The notes under the pieces are model-generated. The model saw only the letters and a list, made by a program, of their open reading frames with translations, made no database searches and was not told the DNA's origin. From assembly GCF_006345805.1 (NCBI RefSeq), contig NW_021834506.1, forward strand, positions 1 through 47,783: 47,783 bases of DNA, in the 5' to 3' direction. The position numbers and the translations under genes are program-made. Shown here piece by piece: positions 37,786 through 47,783 of this stretch. The stretch is from Octopus sinensis (Eukaryota). Position 1 is the first letter of the stretch. Each line of letters opens with the position of its first letter.

Positions 37786-38224
37786 TAGTTGGTAGTGGTG
37801 TTGGTGATGACGAGAGAACATCAGTTGCATATTTCGATGTACTGTGTGGATCTATGTATGTGTGTATATATACGTATACTTAAATTGACACATTGGTCAG
37901 TATATATGTGTGTATTCATACACACATATATGTGTGTGTTATAATGAGATTAGCATTTCTTTCAAGTTTGTTTCAAACATGTCATATCGAAGACAGCCGT
38001 ATATATTTATTTCTTATAAACACTTCTATAAAATAGTTTAACGCCAGTATCTGCTGCAGATATTAAAGCATATATTACATACACATACATACACACTCAC
38101 ACACACACACATACATACATACATACATACATACATACATACATACATACATACATACATACATACATTACATACATACACATACATTTACATACATATA
38201 CTTACATACATGGAGTACCGACAA

Positions 38225-38650
38225 GCTTACGACATCTCACTTTGTAGGCTACCACCATACAACTTAAAACAAGACATCTACCTCCACCAAAATACCTGCA
38301 GAATTAAAGGCAGAAAGCATTGGCGGATGACAAATGTACTGTTGCACAAAACGAAAACAGATGGCGTCAACTACATTATTGCCAACTACGAGAGAATGTC
38401 TTCTAGATATTATCTTCCTATAAGGCGTGATGCGGTGTCCAGATGAGTGTGGAACAGAATAAGGTAAAGGAAACTAGCAAGTCGACTATAATGAGGCTGA
38501 TGGGTCTGATGAATATTTGTCGAACTTAAAGCAGTCGCCAATTTAAAATACAACCGGCCAGATATTGTTGTATGGGGCCACAAGAAAAAATATGGTTTTA
38601 TGAAATCAGCTACCCTGTAGACACTAATGTGGCTAGAATATACAGGAGAA
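38225..38650 (+). mobile_element. Decayed RLE-type non-LTR retrotransposon fragment (zinc knuckle to PD motif), family B
   Basis: SHFVGY, KYLQN*RQK, DDKC, KTDGVNYIIAN.ERMSSRYYLPIRRDAV, KYNRPDIVVW...EISYPVD; preceded by (CATA)n. Confidence 0.75.
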
Positions 38651-38714
38651 AGGACGTCTGTTGTTGATGCTGAAATTCCAGTGAAGGAACCTTGGATCTA
38701 GGTTAGAAACCGAT

Positions 38715-39330
38715 TCTTTCTCTATTGGCAAGAAATCTTGAAATAAACTCAATAATGACATACATACATAGAGAGAAAAGCTTCCTGTTATTGACTACAT
38801 ACCTAAACATCAACACAATGAATATTAGTGAAATATTCTCATCAAAATTTCTAGCAAGTGTAAATATAATAGCCTGGATATTGTACTTTGGGTCAGACAA
38901 GAAAAAGAAGTATGTAGCATCATAGAGGCCATCTACTTGGCTGATGTGATTATCTCTTCGAAAATGAAATAGAATGATAATATCTAAAGAAAACCGCGTC
39001 GAAACCTCCAGGCTCTATATCAAGATTATAAATTCACTTTTATACCAATGATAATTCGCGCACTTGGTTTTGTTTGTCCGTCTCTAAGTGACAATCTGGA
39101 TAAGCTAAAGTTTTCAGAAAAGGAAATCAACCAACTAGTTGACATATTACAGATACACTCTATAACTGGAATGGTAAAAAATAAACAAGACTTTTCTCCT
39201 GTTCAAAGTGCAACATTGTTTTTGATATCTACATTTTATTGATAGAAATTTGTATCTTTGCTAGAAACCAGTTCCTTCCTTAGAGGAAGATTTCAAATAA
39301 TTAAAAATAGAAGACACCATAACTGTATAC
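38715..39330 (+). mobile_element. Second decayed family B fragment (RLE domain to 3' UTR)
   Basis: SKCKYNSLDIVLW...CSIIE, LQALYQDYKFTFIPMIIRALGFV...SITGMVK; 3' UTR matches 8150-8290 and ends at TATACATACA. Confidence 0.75.
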
Positions 39331-39644
39331 ATACAATGTTTTCAAGAAGACGTCTTGAACTGATCATTAACGTTTTAACCAGTGGCTCGATTTTATTATG
39401 AAAGGCGGCAACAAGATGCCATTAGCGTTACTTTAGTCAGCTATGGAGGCCGAGAAACTGAAAATATTAATGGTCCTGACGAAGCAAAGAGCGTTAAGTA
39501 AGGAATATGGAAAACCATAAATAAAAGATTCAATTGAAATACAGTACAGAAGTACTCAAGATTCTTTGTTTGAAGGAAAGTAGATGATGTGTTATATAAA
39601 CGGACACACACATACATACATACATACAACAGTATACATATATA

Positions 39645-39695
<51 letters not shown>

Positions 39696-39716
39696 TATAT
39701 TAATAGATAGATATAT

Positions 39717-39748
<32 letters not shown>

Positions 39749-39907
39749 ATGTATATATATATATTATATATAGAGGGCATTATACATACATGCCAGATGG
39801 CATTATACATACATGCCACACGCTAAGAGGGACAATTAGTCATTTCTACCAAAATATTACTATCCCACCGAAAGCAATTTTTCAAAGTAAGACATTTAAA
39901 AAATATA

Positions 39908-39952
39908 GACCTGTATCACCGGATTTCATACTTACGTATTCATCAGCAGGCC
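39908..39952 (-). ncRNA. Type I hammerhead ribozyme, family H6 (helix III shortened by 1 nt relative to partner)
   Basis: GGCCTG CTGATGA ATAC GTAA GTAT GAAA TCCGGTGA TA CAGGTC. Confidence 0.72.
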
Positions 39953-40248
39953 TGGATGTATCATACATAACGACCCTGCCCTCGCTTAGCCGATCAGCTA
40001 ACTGATCAACATCAACGAAGCACATGGGTGAGTTTACATATATTACATCCTGTAAATGTCAGACTTTTACGATTGCATTTCGGAAAGGAAAAGTTTTTTC
40101 GGAATAAAAATTTAGCAATTAAGGACAACTACTTAATAAGGAAAACTTAACAAGAAATTGTCAGGTAGATAGCGTGAAAACCTCATGATGTTGATCAGTT
40201 AGCTGATCGGCTTAAGCGAGGCAGGGTCGTTTATGTATGATACATCCA

Positions 40249-40294
40249 GGCCTGCTGATGAATACGTAAGTATGAAATCACGGTGATACAGGTC
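40249..40294 (+). ncRNA. Canonical type I hammerhead ribozyme, family H6
   Basis: GGCCTG CTGATGA ATAC GTAA GTAT GAAA TCACGGTGA TA CAGGTC: 6 bp helix I, 4 bp helix II with GNRA loop, self-complementary helix III, AUA triplet. Confidence 0.88.
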
Positions 40295-40579
40295 TATATT
40301 TTTTAAATGTCTTACTTTGAAAAAATTGCATTCGTGGGATTAGTAATATTTTTGGTAGAAATGACTAATTGTCCCTCTTAGCGTGGCATGTATGTATAAT
40401 GCCATCCTGGCATGTATGTATAATGCCCTCTATATAAATTAATATGTTCAATAAGAAATAATTATTTTCGAAATTTTTTCTCTTATGAGGTTTTCACGCT
40501 ATCTACCTGACAATTCTTGTTAAGTTTTTCCTTATTAAGTAGTTGTCCTTAATTGCTAAATGTATATATATATATATAG

Positions 40580-40610
<31 letters not shown>

Positions 40611-40876
40611 TATATAATATTATATATAATATACTTTATTTAAAGTCAGCGAAAATTCAACAAAACCTGCTAGTCTGAGCCTTTCCCGTTGCCGTTCATC
40701 GGACAGTTTTTTTGCTGCATGGAACCGATATGTCAATTCTAATCTAGACTATTACAAACGCTACACTTTTAAAAAAAATGGACTCGTTTGATTGGCCCTT
40801 TAGAAATAACGGTCAATCTTCGAGAGATAAACAAAAATGAGTGTTTACTCCGGTATATATATATATATATATATGA

Positions 40877-40907
<31 letters not shown>

Positions 40908-40933
40908 AAAGAGAGAGAGAGAGAGAGAGAGAA

Positions 40934-40970
<37 letters not shown>

Positions 40971-41123
40971 CAGAAAGAAAGAAAGAAAGAAAGAGAGAAA
41001 GAACGGAAGAGAGAGGTACTTACACATATATGCATATATTTATATATACATACATGCATCTATATATACATATATAACTATACACACATATATATATACC
41101 TGTACCACTATGCATATATATAA

Positions 41124-41154
<31 letters not shown>

Positions 41155-41184
41155 TGTATACATATATATATACATGCATGTATT

Positions 41185-41495
41185 TATTTATATTAAGGAC
41201 ATTACTACACGTAAATGCCTCACGCTATTAGGGACTCTTAAAGTCAAAACTACCATAATAATTGTTTATTTTTATGTCTTCATTATGCCTGCACTGACGA
41301 TTAGAAAGTGGATTATGTACACTAACTATGAAATCATATGATCTGCGGTTGAATCTGTTTTTAAGGGTTGGGTTGCCTTCAAAGGTTGCATTCCCTCGTG
41401 TTCGGTATACTGTGTATTTATTATGGTAGTTTTGACTCTAAGTGTCCCTAATAACGCGAGGTATTTACGTGCAGTAATGCCCTTAATATAAAAAC
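41185..41495. repeat. Inverted repeat (~80 bp arms) with a hammerhead in the spacer
   Basis: 41188-41268 is inverted at 41418-41492. Confidence 0.85.
41289..41348 (+). ncRNA. Type I hammerhead ribozyme, family H7
   Basis: CTGCA CTGACGA T TAG AA AGTG GATTATGTA CACT AA CTA T GAAA TCATATGA TC TGCGG: perfect ATCATATGAT palindrome, AUC triplet. Confidence 0.8.
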
Positions 41496-41640
41496 ATATC
41501 TTTAAAGGGAATAACAATAATTTTTTCCCCTTGTGAGGTTTTCACGCTACTTGATAAATTCTTATAAAGGTTTTTATCCTATTTTAAATTTATACATATA
41601 TGTAAATATATTATATATATTATATATGTACACACACACA

Positions 41641-41717
<77 letters not shown>

Positions 41718-42068
41718 TACCAAAGTTCACAGTTTACTCTAAGTTTCACCTTTAGCTAGGCTGTTCAGTCTCATGAACAACCCAGTCACCAGCGACTATC
41801 AAATTTGATGTGATAAATATATTTCGCACACACTTACACATGCACACATGCATACATGTCAAAATCACTAGTCTCTATACACACACACACACAACTTACA
41901 TATTCTTACATATACACGCACCTTCGTTTTTGGGATCACTAATACTTTATTATCTCCACTTCTTTCTACCTCTCCTGTCAAACCATTTTCACCCCAACCA
42001 GTCGCCATGCTTGATTGCTAAATCCACACGTTTTTTTTTTATTCTCTCTCTGTATATTTTCTCTTATT

Positions 42069-42106
42069 CCTTTCTGTTGAAGAGCGTAGGCTCGAAACGT
42101 AAAAGA
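42069..42106 (+). ncRNA. Minimal hammerhead motif with variant core CTGTTGA (family H3)
   Basis: CCTTT CTGTTGA A GAG CGTAGG CTC GAAA CGT A AAAGA. Confidence 0.6.
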
Positions 42107-42174
42107 CTTTCTCACTTTTCCGACCGTCAAACTAATACATCTACTTCGTCTTTTGTTTTCCTGTAAATTTCAAC

Positions 42175-42235
<61 letters not shown>

Positions 42236-42551
42236 TACATATACATACGTAAGTATACAAATATATCTACTTCATACGTATATATTATATACGTGCACAC
42301 ATGTACATGTGTGCGTGCGCGTGTGTAATGAAGTGATAAATTAAGTATAATGAGTACCTATCGACATACCCTTAATTGTAATTCTAAAGTTAAAGCAACC
42401 TTAAAGGCAAACAAAATGTTTAATATTATATCAAATTAATTAATCAATCAATTTTCTCTATGTCTTAATTAATTATATCGTGTTAAAATAATGTATAAAT
42501 ATGTATTTAATGATAGTCTATATATAAACATATATATATAACCACACTCAG

Positions 42552-42631
<80 letters not shown>

Positions 42632-42635
42632 ACAC

Positions 42636-43260
42636 ATGGTAAGAAGTTTGTTTTCTAACCACATAGTTCGGGTTTCACTCTTAGGGCCTGGCACATTAGA
42701 CAGTTGTCATCTAGGATAGCTTCGGGCCGACCACAGCCTTGTGAGTGGATTTGGTAGATGGAAACTGAAAGAAGCCCGTCATGCGTGTGTGTGTGTGTGT
42801 ATATGTGCGTGTGCCTTTGTCATTTTGTGTCTATGTTTGTCCCCAATACTGCTTCACAACCGGCGTTAGTTTGTTTACACCCACGTAAATTAGCAATGCA
42901 GCAAAAGTGGCCTATAGAATAAGTACGAGGCTTTAAAAAACAAGTACTTGGGCCAATTTCTTCGCATAAAATCCTTCAAGGCGGTGCTACAGCATGGCCG
43001 TACACTAATTACTGAAACAAGAAAAAGATAAGATGCGTGTGTGTGTGTATTCTTTTATTGGTTTCGGTCATTTGACTGCGGCCATGCTGGAGCACCACCT
43101 TTAGTCGAAGGAATCGACCCCAGGACTTATTCTTTGTAAGCCTAGCACTTGTTCTATCAGGTTATTTTGCCGAGCCGCTAAGTTACGGGGACTAATACTC
43201 ACCAGCAACGGTTGTCAAGCCATGACGTGGGGTGGGGCAATCACAGACACACAAACATAG
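42636..43260. mobile_element. Two main-family SINE copies tail to tail (42636-43030 plus strand; 43055-43260 minus-strand tail)
   Basis: Family motifs GAGTGGATTTGGTAGATGGAAACTGAAAGAAGCCCGTC and GGTCATTTGACTGCGGCCATGCTGGAGCACC. Confidence 0.8.
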
Positions 43261-43326
43261 ACACACACATACATATATATATGTGTATGTGTCTATTTGT
43301 ATGTGTGTATATATATATGTGTGTGC

Positions 43327-43380
<54 letters not shown>

Positions 43381-44095
43381 GTATGTATATATACACACGT
43401 ACGTACAGATATACATACCTGCATACGTGCATAGATAGATAGATATTTATATACATACATACATACATACATACATACATACATACATACATACATACAT
43501 ACATACATACATACATACATACTGAACGTAGTGTCAGAAAATTCTCAAATCGCGCCTAAAATAGTACACTAGTACACTTGTAAAGTAAATATTTGATTTA
43601 GTATTTATATACCAACATCACCCTAATACTTTCCTTGGAGACACCCACCAATCTCGGCACGTTTTGACGCCCCAAAGTTCCGCAGCCGTCCTCTTCCTGG
43701 AGTCCGTGCAATACTGTCTGCATGTCCCTTTGAATTTCATGTGTCATGTTGCCGCGCACGACCCTTCATCTTTAAATTCATTTTAAGAAACCCCTTGAAG
43801 TGACAAGGTAGTAGGCCAAGCGTATACAGAAGGTATTGAATGATGTCTTGAGAATGATGTGAACGTGTGCGTTGTCATGACCCAGAAGCAGTGACTGCTC
43901 GTGTATAGGAACTACAGAACTGCAGCACCCCTTATTTCCACTCGATATTATCGATAACATTCAATATAATGAGTTCTTTTTTCTTTAATTCTTTCTTTAT
44001 GCTTGTACATTATATAATCCTTAAGCTTAATGCCAGTAGCCATCCCCTAGTTTATGAAAAGAATACAAAAATCCTTCTATAGGACTGTGTGCTTC

Positions 44096-45030
44096 ACAGT
44101 TCCAGCGACGCGGTGTTTGGCTGTTGTGTGCATGCTCACATGTCCGAGATAGGATTTTTACGCTAGGGAGAAGGAGCACTGTCGTTTACGCAGTGCCGGT
44201 GAAAATGTGCTTAAAAACGTGTTTATATTTTTGAATGTGATAAAGTGTAGAATTAGATTATTATCCTGCTTCCAGCTGCCAGTGTTGCTGTTAGGATTCG
44301 AAAAATAGGGCATATTTCCACCCCACATTAATTTGTGATTAAGCGGGAATTTTTGAAAAACAAGGGGCAACTCGCGGCGAACCGATCAAGTTTATGTATA
44401 AATATTCTTTTTTATATGTCTGTTTCCTTTTACACAATACTAAAACAACGGCTAAAAATTTTCTGAAGCAGCACCCCAACTAATTTTATCTACGAGCCGC
44501 CACTGTCCAGAAACTAATTGCTTTACAGTTCCAGCGACGCGGTGTTTGGCTGTTGTGTGCATGCTCACATGTCCGAGATAGGATTTTTACGCTAGGGAGA
44601 GGGAGCACTGTCGTTTACGCAGTGCCGGTGAAAATGTGCTTAAAAACGTGTTTATATTTTTTAATGTGATAAAGTGTAGAATTAGATTGTTATCCTGCTT
44701 CCAGCTGCTAGTGTTGCTGTTAGGATTTGAAAAATAGGGCAGATTTCCACCCCACATTAATTTGTGATTAAGCGGGAATTTTTGAAAAACAAGGGGCAAC
44801 TCGCGGCGAACCGATCAGTGCCGGTGAAAATGTGCTTAAAAACGTGTTTATATTTTTGAATGTGATAAAGTGTAGAATTAGATTGTTATCCTGCTTCCAG
44901 CTGTCAGTGTTGCTGTTAGGATTCGAAAAATTGGGCAGATTTCCAATACTAAAACAACGGCTAAAAATTTTCTAAAGCAGCACCCCAACTAATTTTATCT
45001 ACGAGCCGCCAACTGTCCAGAAACTAATTG
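44096..45030. repeat. Recent tandem duplication of a 429 bp unit (one full, one partial and one internally deleted copy)
   Basis: Copies start at 44096 and 44525; the third piece 44816-45030 jumps at CA microhomologies; the unit ends in ACGAGCCGCCACTG, which resembles a DNA transposon terminus. Confidence 0.9.
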
Positions 45031-45489
45031 AAATCGTGCCACAGTTCCGCTCTTTTGCGTCGCACATCTCTCGAACAATTCAAAACAGCGAAATAAACAT
45101 CAAGATTTACTGTTCAGCTTGTTAGAACAAATAAGCAGTGAAATATAGTCTTAACGTCGATAAAAAAGAAACTGGTGAGGAAGTTATTCTATTCAAGATT
45201 TAAAACGCATTCTTTAATTTTGATGATTGCGGACTCTCCGACTGAAATGATTTCCTCCTTGGCATTTGTACTGAGAACATAAAGAATCGCAAGAAATAAC
45301 GGAAGGCTTTCATTTTCCGGTCCTCAAACGATTCTTTAGATTGTATTCAGCGACGAAATTACGGGAAAAGAGTCTGTTATTTTATTTGTTTGTTTGTTTG
45401 TTTGTTTGATGCTTTTTTGCTGTTTTATGTGTGCGTGTGCATATATATATGTATGTATGTATGTATGTATATATGTATATATGTGTGTG

Positions 45490-45534
<45 letters not shown>

Positions 45535-45603
45535 ATTTATATATGTATATATATATATATATATACATAGTTAATCCAAACATGAACAAAGAGAAACCAC
45601 AAC

Positions 45604-45635
<32 letters not shown>

Positions 45636-45777
45636 ATGTATACACATACCTACACATACATACACACACATATATACACACAAATATGACTATATAGATA
45701 TGCACATGCATACTTACGCAATAACCATACACGCATCAGTCATACATGCATATATATGTGTGTGTATATATATATAC

Positions 45778-45818
<41 letters not shown>

Positions 45819-46169
45819 TTAATACATATATATATATATATATATATTATATTATATATATATATTATATTTAATATAACATATATATATACATATATTA
45901 TACATATAATAATATAATATTATATATATATATATATATAATAACAAAACACGAAATAGAAATTGTTTCATATTATTTATTCACCATTACACGTGTTTCA
46001 TTTACTAAACCTTTAAATGCCTGTCTGTCATGTAAAACTTTGTAATACCTATTAGCAAATGACACACGTGTAGTGGTGAATGAATAACACCAAAAACGTT
46101 CCAATTTACTGTTGTGTTATACAATAATTCTGTAAATAATAATTCCATAATTCTCAGTTTTAATATGTA

Positions 46170-46497
46170 CAGTGATCCCTTGCTACTTCGCGGTTCAACT
46201 ATCGCGGATTCACGACTTTGCGGATTTTTCAAATATATATATATGAATACCTAAAATTTTTCATTAAATCCATCAAAATATTAATAATAAATATTGTTTC
46301 CTTGCCTAAGAACAACAAAACAAGCGTAAAATAGCAAAAAAGCATATACAGGGGTATTTGAACTTAAGACGGGCTGTGATTGGTGCAAATGGAGAAAGAC
46401 GACGAATCACACCTTTCTATTTTGTAATCTGGCCTGTGATTGGTGCTTTGACCGATCCTTAGATCCACAGCATCTTCCCTTCTCTCTCTCTCTCTCT

Positions 46498-46569
<72 letters not shown>

Positions 46570-46572
46570 CTC

Positions 46573-46619
<47 letters not shown>

Positions 46620-47059
46620 GCCATTTCGCTTCAAGCTTTCTCGCCGAGTGGTTTACTGTGCTGTGTGTGGGTTTTTTTGTTTGTTTTGTTTCTTTGCGTT
46701 TCGGAAGAAGTGGAAGAGGTGTCCCAGGAAAGGGCACCGCCGTCAGCTTCATCATCATCATCTCTATTGCGCAGCAAATTCACCACCATCCTCATTCAAA
46801 TTTTACTTCAACTTCTTTCGTGTTGAGTACAGTAACAATCTTTATTTTTTTTTTTTTATCTAAAGTGTTATTGCTTAACAGTTGTCCTTGTTATTAATAG
46901 ACCACTGTAATGGGTGGGTTGTTAACAGTACATGGGGGGTGTTAAAAATCCAAATACACGCTAAATAAATACTGTAAATATGGTGTCTCTATTTCGCGGA
47001 AATTCAGTTATCGCGGCCGGTCTCGGAACCAATCTACCGTGATAAACGAGGGATCATTG
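46170..47059. mobile_element. Non-autonomous pogo/Tigger-like element with internal (CT)n
   Basis: TIRs CAGTGATCCCTTGCTACTTCGCGG / CCGTGATAAACGAGGGATCATTG, TA flanks, subterminal TCGCGG motifs. Confidence 0.8.
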
Positions 47060-47589
47060 TATTTTGACTAACATGCAGCTGCAACTAGGACTACATATTG
47101 GATTGCAATAATGGAATAAGCAAGTGTGCTTCAAGAGGAAACATCTGAAATTTTAGCCTAACTACATTTATACATATGTTTGTGTGTGGTGTGTGTGTGT
47201 GTGTGTGTGTGTGCGTGTGTGTTTGTGTGTGTGAGTGTGTGTGTATACATATGTGTCTGTATATATACATATCTGTATGCGTGTATGTATTATGTTTATG
47301 TATACACACACGCACGCACGCACGCACACACATGCACACACACATATATGCATACAGATATATACAGAACATACACACGCTACATATTAAATACATAAAT
47401 TTATATACGTTTATACGTATATATAGTTGCAGTTATATGTTTATGCGTACATACTCACTGACATACATGTTATGAATGACGTTTGACTGAATATTTGTTA
47501 ATATTTCATCTATTTTTAGATAATCAATCAAATTATGACAGAATTTACCAAACGACGTTGAAATTGGTGCAAGTCTTTGATGCAAGAAA

Positions 47590-47775
47590 CAGATAAGCAA
47601 CAGATAAACAACAGAACAACATATAAACAACAAATGAATAGCAGATAAACAACAGATGAACGATATATAAACAACAGATGAACAACAGATGAACGACAGA
47701 TGAACGACAGATGAACGACAGATGAACAACAGATGAACAACAATGGAAGGACAACAGATGAACGACAGATGAAAA
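47590..47775. repeat. 11 bp minisatellite (ACAGATGAACG/A)n
   Basis: Repeated AGATGAACGAC/AGATGAACAAC units that degenerate leftwards. Confidence 0.85.
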
Positions 47776-47783
47776 AATACTTA

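Larger units (their letters stand above)
39770..40562. repeat. Compound inverted repeat with two back-to-back hammerheads
   Basis: 39770-40015 is inverted at 40180-40432; 40100-40179 is inverted at 40485-40562. Confidence 0.92.

Noticed and set aside
40672-40707. Hammerhead-like CCGATGA A CGG CAA CGG GAAA GGCT C AGACT (minus strand)
   Set aside because: Core U4 is changed and helices I and II have mismatches; counted only as a weak candidate
41730-41772. Hammerhead-like CTGAACA GCCT AGCTAA AGGT GAAA CTTAGAG TA (minus strand)
   Set aside because: G8 is changed and there is no helix I
43640-43960. Exon or small ORF on either strand
   Set aside because: No recognisable family or convincing splice pair; GCAGCACCC resembles the subterminal motif of the adjacent duplicated unit

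Overview
AT-rich, microsatellite-saturated eukaryotic DNA. The repeat repertoire looks like a coleoid cephalopod, probably Octopus; this is inferred from SINE style and microsatellite load, not from a search. I cannot support any intact host protein-coding gene, and most ORF-track entries are microsatellite or antisense artefacts. The window holds decayed mobile elements: a 5'-truncated Penelope-like element (PLE; RT + GIY-YIG), two mariners, a piggyBac, a hAT transposase fossil, pogo/Tc2-type MITEs, a Helitron-like element, several microsatellite-associated RLE-type non-LTR retrotransposon fragments, many tRNA-derived SINEs and a 2.2 kb 70-bp satellite with a 183-bp higher-order repeat. The main unannotated signal is about 15 type I hammerhead-ribozyme motifs (full, half or decayed) from roughly 8 sequence families. 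Most have short, often self-complementary helix III regions (the dimer-type architecture known for PLE hammerheads) and non-canonical cores, and most lie in back-to-back inverted insertions. A repeat carrying an internal tRNA-Thr(GGT)-like module shows the same PLE-type inverted architecture. All ribozyme folds were done by eye and no activity is demonstrated.
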